Shown here one piece after another: positions 8,029-18,541 of a stretch of 64,000 bases of DNA (positions within the stretch are counted from its first letter, which is position 1; the number at the start of each line of letters is the position of its first letter). The translations under genes were made by a program, and so were the position numbers. Location: IMG/VR virus record IMGVR_UViG_3300044612_001981, positions 1 to 64,000 of that record; one strand, 5' to 3'. The notes beneath the pieces were generated by a model. The model saw only the letters and a program-made list of their open reading frames with translations, did not search any database and had not been told where the DNA came from. The stretch comes from a virus. Its lineage: Duplodnaviria > Caudoviricetes.

Positions 8029-9842
8029 ATTATCTCCATGCTTTCTATAGATCTAGCTAAATTTTCTGGCATTCTTGGTGCACGAATCATATTTTGAACA
8101 TATTCGACTTCGCCATCATTACCATTTGCAAAGTCATTGTCATAGCTCATTGACTCATAATCATGAATTTTTATTTCTTCATCTCTTTTTATTCTACTTC
8201 TGCTTATAGAATTATAAACGGCTCCACATACAGCATCAGCTAAATCTTTAGAGCCTTTTCTTGGGTGATCAACCTTATCTCTCATAATTCTAAGCTGAAG
8301 CAATTCATCAATTAATAACGGTATGTGTGGCCCAGATAATCTTTCTTCTAGGACAACCATAGCCATGTCGTCATAATGTTTTTTTGCAACTGAAAGTATC
8401 TCTGTATTAATTCCGTATGTTTTGAGCTGCTGCATCATATCGTGAGAGTTCCATCTATCGAATGTACACACCCTTATGTTAAACCCTCTAGTTTTTAAAG
8501 AAAGAATATAGTCCTTTACCTCTGTAAAGTCTACAGATTTATCTGGGGTAGGAGTCCAAAATCTAACGGCATCTATTTCTACAATAGGTGCTGGCTGATT
8601 ATATGTGTCTGTTACCTTTATGTCTACCCATTTACTTACATGTCCCATCGCTACTGCACAATGGTCATGCTTCTGAGCTAAGTCTACATGAATAAAGTAA
8701 TCTTTGCCTTCTTCTGGCTTAAACCATTCCTCAAGCCTTCCAAAATTATCTACTGCTAGGTTAGCTTTATTAAATGCCTTTTCAATTTTTTCTCTAGATT
8801 TAAAAAATGCATCTACAGCATCCGAAGGCATACATGCAAATCTTCCGAGTGCGTCCTGCGGATTTTTGTGAAATGCAACTGTAAAATCTGTTATTTTTTT
8901 TGTAGGATTAACTTCCCATGTTGGTCTTTTAAGTGCAAATACTCTTGGGTATACATAGGAAACTATATGGTCCTCTTCCCATGCGACCTCAAACTCATTT
9001 CCAGGAGTTCCATCTGGAAGATCTTTGTCTAACTTTAATAGCTCTGTTCTCATAACAGTTTCTTTTTCGGCTATAACCGATTCATAAAATTTTTGGATTG
9101 GATCATTTTTAAATCGGGGAAAAGATAGCAAAATTACCTTACCTACATCTGGGAAACGTGAATCAACAGATGCTCTATACATATCGTATATAGCATCTGC
9201 AGTCTTTGCTTGATCATGTCCGCTGGTATTTTCTGTTGCAAAACCAGAAATTTCATCTAAGATAACAACCAGTACGTTATAACCTTCCCAAGCCTCTCTT
9301 TCTGAGTGGCCAGAATGAACTGTAATTGATTTATCAAACTTAATTTCTGATGCTTTATCAGTATATTTACCAGCAAACCACGGAGAAACTTCAATTCTCA
9401 TTTTAAAACCTTTAAAAAAAACATTGTTGGCCTGCTGAGAGTTGATAGCAATATTTAAAATATCTATCGCATCTCTTGGCGGTTTACCATAGTATGCTGC
9501 TGGATCTTTTAAGCATAACAAAAGATAAACTATATATGCAACTGCAATTGTTGAAGAGTAATCTTTACCAGATCCTTTCCCTAACTGTGCAATAACTTCA
9601 ACACAGGTTTGTTTAAATAGTTTTTTGCCCAGCTCTTCGCCATAAAGTTTTATTAATGTAGACTCTTTATATATCTGAGAACTTCTTTCTATAAGAGTGT
9701 ACTGGTTTTCAGATAGTGGAGGCAAGCCAAGATAGTCTGGGCTTGTTACAAAAGTTTGAAGGTCTACTGGACGCTCTTCAAACTCTTCCCCGTCTAGTAT
9801 CTCTATTAGGTCTGAAAAATCAAACGACATCTGACTCTTCAA
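8025..9842 (-). CDS. terL: Terminase large subunit
   Basis: GKGSGKD Walker A, VILDE Walker B, RNase H-like HVDLA...FDRW...KDLADA; true start may be MSFDF (9830). Confidence 0.9.
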   Translation of the reverse strand: MKSQMSFDFSDLIEILDGEEFEERPVDLQTFVTSPDYLGLPPLSENQYTLIERSSQIYKESTLIKLYGEELGKKLFKQTCVEVIAQLGKGSGKDYSSTIAVAYIVYLLLCLKDPAAYYGKPPRDAIDILNIAINSQQANNVFFKGFKMRIEVSPWFAGKYTDKASEIKFDKSITVHSGHSEREAWEGYNVLVVILDEISGFATENTSGHDQAKTADAIYDMYRASVDSRFPDVGKVILLSFPRFKNDPIQKFYESVIAEKETVMRTELLKLDKDLPDGTPGNEFEVAWEEDHIVSYVYPRVFALKRPTWEVNPTKKITDFTVAFHKNPQDALGRFACMPSDAVDAFFKSREKIEKAFNKANLAVDNFGRLEEWFKPEEGKDYFIHVDLAQKHDHCAVAMGHVSKWVDIKVTDTYNQPAPIVEIDAVRFWTPTPDKSVDFTEVKDYILSLKTRGFNIRVCTFDRWNSHDMMQQLKTYGINTEILSVAKKHYDDMAMVVLEERLSGPHIPLLIDELLQLRIMRDKVDHPRKGSKDLADAVCGAVYNSISRSRIKRDEEIKIHDYESMSYDNDFANGNDGEVEYVQNMIRAPRMPENLARSIESMEII

Positions 9843-10359
9843 TTATATTAATAGACTGGACAATACCAGTTATTTGAGATAATCTTTTTGCTACCTCTAT
9901 CTTGCAGTGGTTGCATCCAGAAGTTACCTCTTTTAGTATACCAACAAGCATCTCTTGTTTTCTTTCTGTCTCAAGTATCTGAGAAGCTATCTCGCTATTT
10001 TCTAAAACCCCGATAGACTGAAGCATGGCAATTCTTTTTGTCTCTATGTCTGCTATAAGCTTTAGTGTTCCAGACTTAACATTAAGCTGACCTTGTGTGT
10101 CAGCATCTTCTACTGTTTTCCATGCTTCTTTAATTAGCATATCGTAATGTTGATCTGCCCCAAGCAACGCCTCTTTGGCTCTATCTCTAATATTTGTATC
10201 ATTATGTACAATAGACTTCCACTCATCTACATACTCAAGGACTTCTTTTCTTGTGAACCCAGTTATGGTGGCTATTTGTGTAGCAGAATTTCCCTTTAGT
10301 AGTTCAGAAACTACCCTATTCATCTTGTCAAAGTGGACTGCTGGCTCTATTTCGCTCAT
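9820..10359 (-). CDS. Probable terminase small subunit
   Basis: N-terminal HTH (SATQIATITGFTRKEV), helical body, directly upstream of terL. Confidence 0.65.
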   Translation of the reverse strand: MSEIEPAVHFDKMNRVVSELLKGNSATQIATITGFTRKEVLEYVDEWKSIVHNDTNIRDRAKEALLGADQHYDMLIKEAWKTVEDADTQGQLNVKSGTLKLIADIETKRIAMLQSIGVLENSEIASQILETERKQEMLVGILKEVTSGCNHCKIEVAKRLSQITGIVQSINIIEESDVV

Positions 10360-10365
10360 AAAATA

Positions 10366-10394
10366 ATTATACTTCTAGTCAACTAAAAAGTCAA
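10366..10394 (-). promoter_or_regulatory. Sigma70-type promoter, leaderless
   Basis: TTGACT-N17-TATAAT-N6-ATG(10359). Confidence 0.8.
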
Positions 10395-10541
10395 TTAGCG
10401 TTTTACTTTTAATTTAAATTTATCTACATACCTTTGGATAGTCATGTGAGAAACTGAGCACTCATTTGCTATATCCATTATTGTTTTCTTTTGAACTATA
10501 TACCTATTATATAACCAATCTTTGTTTTGATATAACTTCAT
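10395..10541 (-). CDS. Small HTH DNA-binding protein (48 aa)
   Basis: Hand translation MKLYQNKDWLYNRYIVQKKTIMDIANECSVSHMTIQRYVDKFKLKVKR; ATGA overlap with the upstream gene. Confidence 0.8.
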   Translation of the reverse strand: MKLYQNKDWLYNRYIVQKKTIMDIANECSVSHMTIQRYVDKFKLKVKR

Positions 10542-11104
10542 CTTTTTGTGAGTACCTGATTAGAGTAATGAGCTATTCCAAAAGCATCTGCCACATCGAA
10601 GTCTTCCAGGGATATTGAATATTTTTTATTAAAGTAATCCGCAGTTCTTTGCTTTCTCATATTCCTTAGCTGATTTTTGTACCATGAGTCTGCGTATCCT
10701 GGATTTGCTATCCTTATAGCCGACTTTTCTTCTTTGCTTGGATTCTTGTTCCCTATATAAGCTTGCCATGCAGTTGGGGATATAGTTATAACTTCAGCTC
10801 CAGTAGACATAAGTTCTGCGATAACAACGCCATAAACATAAGACAGTTTAATTACAGCATCTGCTGATCTGACAAGGACTGCTCCTTCTACTACTATGTA
10901 GTCTGCCTTAAGTTCATCTAACATTGCAGATGTTTTTACCTTAGCGTCATATATTTTTTCATAAATATTGTTTCCAACAATATTAAATTTACCCCATTTT
11001 AGTGGCACATTATTTTCCATCAAGCAGAAAGCAACAGAATTTGTAGATGCATCTATACCAAGCACCCTGCTAGCTTTTGTTTTTATAAGGCTAGCCAATG
11101 TCAT
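10538..11104 (-). CDS. RuvC-like Holliday junction resolvase
   Basis: VLGIDAS, IVVEG, D.DVADAFGIA. Confidence 0.8.
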   Translation of the reverse strand: MTLASLIKTKASRVLGIDASTNSVAFCLMENNVPLKWGKFNIVGNNIYEKIYDAKVKTSAMLDELKADYIVVEGAVLVRSADAVIKLSYVYGVVIAELMSTGAEVITISPTAWQAYIGNKNPSKEEKSAIRIANPGYADSWYKNQLRNMRKQRTADYFNKKYSISLEDFDVADAFGIAHYSNQVLTKR

Positions 11105-11369
11105 CTATTATGCCCATCAAATCTTTTTTAAACTTAGAGTCCTTGGTTTTTATACATCTAGCGCAGTAAACCTGATCATTATATCTACTTAAAAGACTAC
11201 TACAACCTTTGCATTTTCTAGGAGCTCCATTTTTAATTGCTTTTTTTTCATAATACTTTTCCATAATCCTTTTGTTAGTTGAAACTCTGCAGCATTCATC
11301 TGAACAATATTTTTGATTATGTGTCTTGGCAACAAAATCTTTATCGCATTCTGAATTTAAACACAGCAT
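11091..11369 (-). CDS. Zinc-finger hypothetical protein
   Basis: CLNSEC...YCSDECC and CKGC...CARC; start refined to MLCLN (TAATG overlap). Confidence 0.7.
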   Translation of the reverse strand: MLCLNSECDKDFVAKTHNQKYCSDECCRVSTNKRIMEKYYEKKAIKNGAPRKCKGCSSLLSRYNDQVYCARCIKTKDSKFKKDLMGIIDDIG

Positions 11370-12157
11370 TATTTTACGACCTTCATTAAATCTATTGTTA
11401 TGTTTCCAGGGTCTGACCCTTTTGCCCAGCATTCTTTTTTAACAGGGCAATAAGTACAGGGTAGCCTGTACTTAGTTGCACCTTCTGGTCTAGTCGGCAG
11501 AGATCCGTTTTGAAAATTATCCCAGACATCTCTCATCCATTGAAATGCATCCTCAATAATCTTTTTGTTTTTATCGTTCATAGAAATTGGTATTATCAAT
11601 ATTTCTTGTGTATTTTTATTTTCATACAAAAAGAAGCCTTCTTTAGCATTTTTTAACTTCATGTATGTCAATAGCTGTAGCATATGATTTGGCGAAGACT
11701 TCATTTCTGCTTGTCTTGTATCCCATACCTCTTGCTTAGCCGTTTTAATTTCGCCTATAACGGTTTCGCCATCATACTCCATGATTAAGTCTATAAAGCC
11801 ACGAATTGGAGGATAATCATTGATTATTTCTTCTTCTTCTGACCGCCACTCTGGCATAGTCTTAATAAGATTTTGCAATCTCTCGTGAGCCTGGGTTCCC
11901 TGTGCCATATTGGCAACAGCAACAGCATCATTATCATCAATAAATATTGCACCAGTAAATGCCATGTACCAATATCTTGGGCATGTACCATGACCATAGC
12001 CAAGTAAGCTTGGGCTAAATGATTTTTTTTGCGTGTCTCCGTCTGGCCTTTTAGTATTTCTATAAGACTGATCCAAAAGAGAGGCAAACTTTTCTGGATC
12101 AAAGAAGTTGCCAGTATGTTTTTTAAATTTAAGGTTTCTTACTATCTCACGAGACAA
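11369..12157 (-). CDS. Cas4-like PD-(D/E)XK exonuclease
   Basis: CPRYW, GTQAHE, GFIDL, EIKT, QLLTY, CTYCPVKKEC (four-Cys cluster). Confidence 0.85.
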   Translation of the reverse strand: MSREIVRNLKFKKHTGNFFDPEKFASLLDQSYRNTKRPDGDTQKKSFSPSLLGYGHGTCPRYWYMAFTGAIFIDDNDAVAVANMAQGTQAHERLQNLIKTMPEWRSEEEEIINDYPPIRGFIDLIMEYDGETVIGEIKTAKQEVWDTRQAEMKSSPNHMLQLLTYMKLKNAKEGFFLYENKNTQEILIIPISMNDKNKKIIEDAFQWMRDVWDNFQNGSLPTRPEGATKYRLPCTYCPVKKECWAKGSDPGNITIDLMKVVK

Positions 12158-12159
12158 AA

Positions 12160-13146
12160 TTATCTCATTTCGATAATTTTAGTAGCAAAGAACGGTAGCC
12201 CATGCCTTGATGCGTTTGGATCTCTTTTTTCTCCATCAATGTGTACATCTTTTGCATAGAATCCCATTGCAGCTTCTGCAGCATAAATCTGCGTTCTTAT
12301 TTCTAGCCATGCATCCACACCATACTTTTCTATACCATCAAACCAAGCTTGTCCGCCTCCGTGTTTCCAGGTAAGGAAATGTCTGATAAAGTATTTGCTT
12401 GCGTCGCCGCTTAGAGGAAGTGCTGCATGAAAAAATGGTTTAGCAGATGGGAATATAATAAGGTCTCCAGGAGAAGGCTTATAGTTTACAATAGTTGAAT
12501 CAAACTCATTTAAAAACGACACTCCTCCACCTTCATAGTCATTATTTAAATAAATTGTAGATGTAAGGATAGCCTTTGGGCCTGGATGTATTATTTCTCC
12601 ATTTGAATCTAAATGATATCCAATAGCATACTCCCTATTTGTATTTGACTTATGCTTAGCAATGTCGATTGCCGTACCTAACCATCCAGACTCTTTACTA
12701 TAATTCATGACTGTTTTACAGTCTGCTCCCATATCAACAAGCTCAGCCCTATGATTTTTATAGTCCCAGTTATCTACTATGCCACCAAAAACTTCTTTCC
12801 AATGATCTTCATTTGGGCTTCTGTAAGATGAAACTTTTTCTTTAACTGTCCATTCAGGAATATAATCATCATAGGCATCGTTTATTATTGACTGTACTTC
12901 TCTGTAAATCTTTAATTCATTTTGATACTCTTCTGAATTAAATTCTTCAGAATTTGGCTCGAACATGCTGCTGCCCATTCTAGACTTTGTTCCAAAATCA
13001 TACCAGTCTTCCCAGACTGAAATTACTCCGTCTTTTTCTTTAGACTCTGATTTCTTAATAACATCTAAAATTTCTTTATGATTAGCCAACGCATTTTTAT
13101 AAACTACTACGAAAGGCATCAACACTAACTTTTCTATTTTGTCCAA
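12160..13146 (-). CDS. 2OG-Fe(II) oxygenase (P4H-like)
   Basis: YHLD, YLNNDYEGG, PGDLIIFPS, FFHAALP...KYF. Confidence 0.85.
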   Translation of the reverse strand: MDKIEKLVLMPFVVVYKNALANHKEILDVIKKSESKEKDGVISVWEDWYDFGTKSRMGSSMFEPNSEEFNSEEYQNELKIYREVQSIINDAYDDYIPEWTVKEKVSSYRSPNEDHWKEVFGGIVDNWDYKNHRAELVDMGADCKTVMNYSKESGWLGTAIDIAKHKSNTNREYAIGYHLDSNGEIIHPGPKAILTSTIYLNNDYEGGGVSFLNEFDSTIVNYKPSPGDLIIFPSAKPFFHAALPLSGDASKYFIRHFLTWKHGGGQAWFDGIEKYGVDAWLEIRTQIYAAEAAMGFYAKDVHIDGEKRDPNASRHGLPFFATKIIEMR

Positions 13147-13210
13147 GGTGTTCCTCCTATAAATTATATACTACTATTATACCAAATTTATTGGTATTCT
13201 GCTTTTCTTA

Positions 13211-13543
13211 CTAGTTAAACCTTACCACATACTTAAGGGCATCTACAAGCTTATCTATAGACTCCTTTACAGAATAATATATATTCTTTTTATTATTATT
13301 TTCTGTGCCTGCTTTATCTTTAGCTATTGTAGAGTAAACAGATGCGAGTACTGCAAATTTTGTTGACATTGCTTGTAGCTCCATAATTAGATGAGGTGCT
13401 TTTGCAGATGGAACGTCAGGGTTCATCAAAAGCTTTACCACAATAGCAAGAGCCTTATCTAGGTGTTCGTCCTGCATGAATTCATGAAGGTCATTAAACT
13501 CTGTTATATCGCTTATTAGCTCTAAAGTATTTTTATCCTGCAT
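13211..13543 (-). CDS. Hypothetical protein
   Basis: 110-aa ORF tightly packed in the operon. Confidence 0.75.
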   Translation of the reverse strand: MQDKNTLELISDITEFNDLHEFMQDEHLDKALAIVVKLLMNPDVPSAKAPHLIMELQAMSTKFAVLASVYSTIAKDKAGTENNNKKNIYYSVKESIDKLVDALKYVVRFN

Positions 13544-13844
13544 TACTATTCTCCCAAAATTCTACCAGTTCCTCTAAAACTGACCACTCTATGATTCCAA
13601 GACGTACCTTTGAATCATTTCCTATGATTATTTTAAGCGCTGGGTGCATATCTCTATTTACCTTAAATGTGTCTGTGCATATCTTAGCCCAAACATCTTT
13701 ATTTAAATTAAAAGATGACGAAGCTTCTTTGTAATCAACTAAAAATTGTTTCCATTGTGCGTCACCTTTTTGATAGTCGCCTCTACCAGAATTTTTTTGA
13801 GCCTTAGCCCCATCTCTTTTTACTTCTGATCTTTCTGACATCAT
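13533..13844 (-). CDS. PD-(D/E)XK Holliday junction resolvase-like protein
   Basis: NSGRG..KGDA....LVDYKE. Confidence 0.65.
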   Translation of the reverse strand: MMSERSEVKRDGAKAQKNSGRGDYQKGDAQWKQFLVDYKEASSSFNLNKDVWAKICTDTFKVNRDMHPALKIIIGNDSKVRLGIIEWSVLEELVEFWENSNAG

Positions 13845-14029
13845 CCCACCTTAATTTCATTAGAATGCCCATCTGGACATTCCCAAGAAAGCACCATAGA
13901 CTCTGAATCCCAAAACGACTCTTTAGAATCTTTATCGCATTTGAAACATGGCTTAGAGCCAACTATTACCTCTAAATTATTTTTTTTAGACTGCTCTGGC
14001 TTATTAAAAAATTCATTAAGATTTGGCAT
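13841..14029 (-). CDS. Small zinc-ribbon hypothetical protein
   Basis: CFKC...WECPDGH. Confidence 0.65.
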   Translation of the reverse strand: MPNLNEFFNKPEQSKKNNLEVIVGSKPCFKCDKDSKESFWDSESMVLSWECPDGHSNEIKVG

Positions 14030-15020
14030 TTATTTCCTGAATAAGCTTTCCAGATACTTCTGGATTTTCTCTAAGGTATGCAACTGCTTTTGCTCTACCC
14101 TGAAATCTTTCACCATTAATTGTATACCATGCTCCGCCCTTTTCTATTAGGCCATACATCTCTGCAACATCTAAAGTTTCTCCTATGCGATCAACGCCTA
14201 GGTTCTCTCCTTGGTAATAGAAGTCGTATTGTCCTGAAAGATTAGGGGGGCCGAGCTTGTTGTAATCAATAATCCAATTGACTGGCCTGCCAACTCTTTG
14301 TTCAATGATTTTGTCACCAACCGCAACACCAGCTTTAATAGCATTAGCTTCAGCTTCCGAAGACCATAACTTAATGACTGTGGAAGAGAAGAACTTAACT
14401 GCCATTCCTCCTGTCGGAATGTGGGAGGCATGCATAGATCCAAACTGATTTCTTTGCTGTGAGATGAGAACCAATAGTGTATTTTTGTTTGCATAGTTTA
14501 ACATTTTGACTGCATGAGTCATATCCTTTGCTTCTGCTCCGATTTGCTTTGTGTCTTGCAAATCTTTCATTTCATTTCCGTCTTTTTCAAAATATATTCC
14601 AGGAAGTAAGGCTGAGATAGAATCTACAACAATAACATCCACTCCTGCTTCCATTAATTTAACGCCAACGTCTACCATATCATTAACAGTCTTAGCCTGA
14701 GAATAAATAAGAGAAGATGAATCTACTCCAAGCTGCTCTGCCCACTTCTGATCATAAGATGCTTCTGCATCAATCCAGGCACACGTCTTTCCTTCTTGTT
14801 GAGCCAATGCTATCATTTGTAGACAGAATGAAGATTTACCAGCAGACTTGTTTCCCCATACAAGGACCTGTCTACCGTACCCAAGACCACCTTTTAGTGC
14901 TACGTTTAGACCGATGCTTGGTGTCAATTGTTTGTGTACTTTTACATTTTGAGCCGATTGAACTCTTGCACGGGTCTTTGGGTCTAGCTTTGCCATTATA
15001 TCTTCTAATGAAATAGTCAT
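14016..15020 (-). CDS. recA: RecA/UvsX-like recombinase
   Basis: GNKSAGKS, WIDAE, VVDSISAL, TGGMAVKFF, GAWY, FQGRAKA. Confidence 0.93.
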   Translation of the reverse strand: MTISLEDIMAKLDPKTRARVQSAQNVKVHKQLTPSIGLNVALKGGLGYGRQVLVWGNKSAGKSSFCLQMIALAQQEGKTCAWIDAEASYDQKWAEQLGVDSSSLIYSQAKTVNDMVDVGVKLMEAGVDVIVVDSISALLPGIYFEKDGNEMKDLQDTKQIGAEAKDMTHAVKMLNYANKNTLLVLISQQRNQFGSMHASHIPTGGMAVKFFSSTVIKLWSSEAEANAIKAGVAVGDKIIEQRVGRPVNWIIDYNKLGPPNLSGQYDFYYQGENLGVDRIGETLDVAEMYGLIEKGGAWYTINGERFQGRAKAVAYLRENPEVSGKLIQEINAKS

Positions 15021-15077
15021 ATTTAATCTTTCTTCTCTCTAATAGTATAGCATTAAAATAAAGCTTTGTGAATCCTT

Positions 15078-15275
15078 TTAATCTTTTATTTTTAACTTAA
15101 ATGTGAATGATTGATTTTTTTCGTCATAATCAACTTGCAATTCTTTGTCTTCATTTTCTGCGTTTACTACTGTCATTATTGGAATAGATATCTCTCCTAG
15201 TGTTTCAAGTGCTGCTACAAGAATTCTTGAAACATTTAGCTGTGCAAATACATCTTCGATTTTTGCTTCTGTCAT
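15078..15275 (-). CDS. Hypothetical protein
   Basis: ATGA overlap with the dnaE stop. Confidence 0.65.
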   Translation of the reverse strand: MTEAKIEDVFAQLNVSRILVAALETLGEISIPIMTVVNAENEDKELQVDYDEKNQSFTFKLKIKD

Positions 15276-18200
15276 TTTATTTCCTTTACGTTTAACGTTC
15301 CATCATCTAATTTTGATAGAACCACCTTACATTTCATTCCCTCACGCATTTTTGCTAAGGTCATTTTATACATTGTTGGGAAAGCAATGGCTCTTGTTAA
15401 AGTTTTATTTTTATCTGATAGAACTATGTGGCTCATAGTCTTGCCAGCTTTTGTTGTATATGGAGTAAAGTTTACAACGATATACTCATCATCTTCTAAG
15501 TCATACTCTTTTCTATAAAGATAATCTACGAACATGTCATTTGAAGATGGGTCAATATCTGAAACCTTAATGTACCTAGCAATTCTATTATCTCCTACTA
15601 GGATAAAGTACATCTGGCCAACTTCAATTTGAGTCTGCTCATTGTGGAATAGACCAATAGATCCAGTCTCATCGACAATCTCTACTCGTGCCCATCCAGT
15701 ACCACGCTTGATACCCTTTACCATTCCAAACATAACAAATGAACCAAGGTCGTCAAACTCTTCAATCGGTCTAGCCTGAGCCTTTACTCTTGGTGGGATC
15801 CCCTCTAAGTTAAATGTAGGTATGCCCAGATACTCATAGTAGTTATCTTTTTCATTTCCGTTTCTTAAGTTATCTTTAAATGCTGCTGCTCCAATTGCAT
15901 TTAGTGAACTTATTGCTCTGCTATTTATACCACTGCCTTTAGCAGAAGCAATTGAAATAAAGTGTTCATAGCTCTTATAAGGCCTATGATCAATAATCTT
16001 ATTTGAAATATTATCTGATATAAATTTAACTTCAGAAAGCCCAAAGCGTATAGCGTTGTCTTGAAGAGAAAAATAAAGCTCTGATTCATTGATGTGCGGC
16101 AATAAAACTTTTAATCCAAGTCTCTTCGACTCAATTAAATATTCCGTCCTAGCATCCTTATCGTTTTCGTTTTTAAGAATCGAAAACATAAACTCAAGTG
16201 GGTAATAAAACTTAAGCCAAGCAGTATAATAACTAAGCATAGAGTAAGCAACAGCATGGGAACGGTTAAAAGAATAACCAGCATGCGCTTCAAAATCGTG
16301 CCATAGCGCTTCTGCTTTTTTCTTAGTAATATGCTCTGAAGCCCCAGTAACAAACCTATCTTTGAACTGGTCAAACTCTTTTGCATCTTTCTTCTTTCCA
16401 ATAATCTTGCGGACCTTATCAGCCTCTGCCCAAGTCATTCCACCCAAGTGTACGCATGCCTGCATAACTTGCTCTTGATATATAATAACACCATAAGTAT
16501 TCTCGGTAAAAGGCTTCATGATTGTGTGCATATAATCTACTGCTTCATTGCCTTGCTTACGCTTGATATAGGCAGCCCCTACAGTATTCATGGCACCTGG
16601 CCTTACTAGTGCATTAGATGCAACTAGATCTTCAAACTTGTCTGTTCCCATCTTAATAAGAAGGTTAGTGTATGGCGTTGCTTCAGCTTGAAATACTCCC
16701 TTAGTAAAGCCTTCGCTAAGCATCTTGTAAACCTCTGGATCATCAAGAGTTAAATCAGACAGCACTATATCCTTGCCAGTTCTAGATTTTATTGATTTAA
16801 GTGTATCTGAAATAACGGATAGAGTTTTTAGTCCCAACGCATCTAGTTTGATAAGACCAATATCTGCAACAGTATCCATATCATAGGCAACTACAGGAAT
16901 TCTTCCTGAAACTTTATCCTGTGCATCTTCTCTTGATTCAACGGGAGCAAACTTTCTAAGGTCATCTTTAGCTACAACAACTCCAGCTGCATGCACTCCA
17001 ACAGATCTGATTCTTCCACGCAATCTATCTGCAAGCCAAACAACTTCTGGGTACTTGGCTCTAAACTCTTTTGTGTTTGGTGAAGAAACAAAGTCTTCAA
17101 AGGTGTCAATTGATTTCATTGCACGATTAACTTCTTGCAGTGGAACCATAAAAATTCGTGCTGCATCTCGGATTACACCTTTATCTTTAAAATAAGTGTA
17201 AGTTGAAATAGAAGCAACGTGTTTAAATTTTTTCTTAAGGTATTCCTTTACCTCTTTACGACGACGATCTTCAAAGTCTGTATCGATATCTGGAAAGTCG
17301 TTGCGCTCTGGGTTAATAAATCTAAAAAACAAAAGGTCGTATTTAATTGGATCTACATCAGTGATGCCTAATGCATAACAAACTAAAGAACCTGCGGCAG
17401 AGCCACGACCTGGACCAACACGAATATTATTTGTTTTGGCCCAATCAATCATGTCTGCAATCACTAAAAAGTACGATGCAAAACTTTTAGAAGCAATAAC
17501 CGAAAGCTCTTCTTCTACTCTGTCGATATAAGTCTGATTGTTTGAGAATCCAAGTCTATCTATTCCAGCATACGCCATCTCACGAAGCTTGTCATCCGCA
17601 TCTGTTTTTGGAACTGGAAGCAGATCAAGTCCTTGATGGAAGTCGTAGTCTTCAATCTTATCTGCAATCTCCATTGTGTTTTCATATATGTCTGTGCGAG
17701 AAATTCCAGCAGCATTAAAGTCTGCTTCAATCTCTTCTCTAGACTGAATGAAAAGGTTGTAGTCCTGAAAAGAAATTCTGCGGTCTGGATATAGATAATT
17801 AAATCTTTCCATCATGTCTTTAATGTTACGAGACATTTCAAAGTCTGATTCCTTATCAATCTTTGGAGATGTAGAAAGGATAAGTAGCGCTTCTTCTAAC
17901 ACCCTATCTTCTTTTTTAGCAAAGTGGGCATCTCCTGTTGCCACCGCCTTAATTTTTAATTCATCTGCCAACTCTAAGAGCTTGGCGTTTATTTCTGACG
18001 GGTTGTGAGATTGAACCTCAATATAAAAATCTTCATTAAAAGTTTGTTTAAAATCTTTGAGTACAAGTTTTGCTTCTGAGAATTCTCCACGCTCAATAGC
18101 TTTGCTAATAAGGCCGTTGAGGCATCCAGACAAAACGATAACACCTTCAGCATATTCTTTTAAAACCTCTCTGTCGATACGTGGCTTGTGATAAAATCCT

Positions 18201-18541
18201 TCATTCCAAGCAAGCTCCTGAAGAATATTAATATTCTCCAACCCCTTTTTATTTTTCGCTAGCAAAATAATATGGTTATAGGCTTGGATAGATTTATCTG
18301 TTTTTGAAGATCTATCAAACCTATCGGTTGGAGAAATGTACGCCTCAACACCAAGAATCGGCTTAATGCCAATTTCCTTTGCGGCAATCTGCATATCTCT
18401 GTGTGACGAGAGAGTACCATGGTCTGTGATTGCAATCGCAGTCTGCCCAGCATCTAACGCTGCTTGACATAATTCTTTAGGTGAATTTAGTCCATCCATT
18501 AATGAATAATAGGAGTGAACATGTAGGTGTGTAAAACTCAT
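15272..18541 (-). CDS. dnaE: DNA polymerase III alpha subunit (family C)
   Basis: PHP motifs HLHVHSYYS, TDH, GDAH; GPGRGSAAGS; PDIDTD; HAAGVV; KLDALGL; YSFNRSHA; start refined to MSFTHL. Confidence 0.97.
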   Translation of the reverse strand: MSFTHLHVHSYYSLMDGLNSPKELCQAALDAGQTAIAITDHGTLSSHRDMQIAAKEIGIKPILGVEAYISPTDRFDRSSKTDKSIQAYNHIILLAKNKKGLENINILQELAWNEGFYHKPRIDREVLKEYAEGVIVLSGCLNGLISKAIERGEFSEAKLVLKDFKQTFNEDFYIEVQSHNPSEINAKLLELADELKIKAVATGDAHFAKKEDRVLEEALLILSTSPKIDKESDFEMSRNIKDMMERFNYLYPDRRISFQDYNLFIQSREEIEADFNAAGISRTDIYENTMEIADKIEDYDFHQGLDLLPVPKTDADDKLREMAYAGIDRLGFSNNQTYIDRVEEELSVIASKSFASYFLVIADMIDWAKTNNIRVGPGRGSAAGSLVCYALGITDVDPIKYDLLFFRFINPERNDFPDIDTDFEDRRRKEVKEYLKKKFKHVASISTYTYFKDKGVIRDAARIFMVPLQEVNRAMKSIDTFEDFVSSPNTKEFRAKYPEVVWLADRLRGRIRSVGVHAAGVVVAKDDLRKFAPVESREDAQDKVSGRIPVVAYDMDTVADIGLIKLDALGLKTLSVISDTLKSIKSRTGKDIVLSDLTLDDPEVYKMLSEGFTKGVFQAEATPYTNLLIKMGTDKFEDLVASNALVRPGAMNTVGAAYIKRKQGNEAVDYMHTIMKPFTENTYGVIIYQEQVMQACVHLGGMTWAEADKVRKIIGKKKDAKEFDQFKDRFVTGASEHITKKKAEALWHDFEAHAGYSFNRSHAVAYSMLSYYTAWLKFYYPLEFMFSILKNENDKDARTEYLIESKRLGLKVLLPHINESELYFSLQDNAIRFGLSEVKFISDNISNKIIDHRPYKSYEHFISIASAKGSGINSRAISSLNAIGAAAFKDNLRNGNEKDNYYEYLGIPTFNLEGIPPRVKAQARPIEEFDDLGSFVMFGMVKGIKRGTGWARVEIVDETGSIGLFHNEQTQIEVGQMYFILVGDNRIARYIKVSDIDPSSNDMFVDYLYRKEYDLEDDEYIVVNFTPYTTKAGKTMSHIVLSDKNKTLTRAIAFPTMYKMTLAKMREGMKCKVVLSKLDDGTLNVKEIK

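Noticed and set aside
11369-12157. Cas4-like gene as evidence of CRISPR-Cas
   Set aside because: No cas1/cas2 or array; solo Cas4-like nucleases are usual in phage recombination modules
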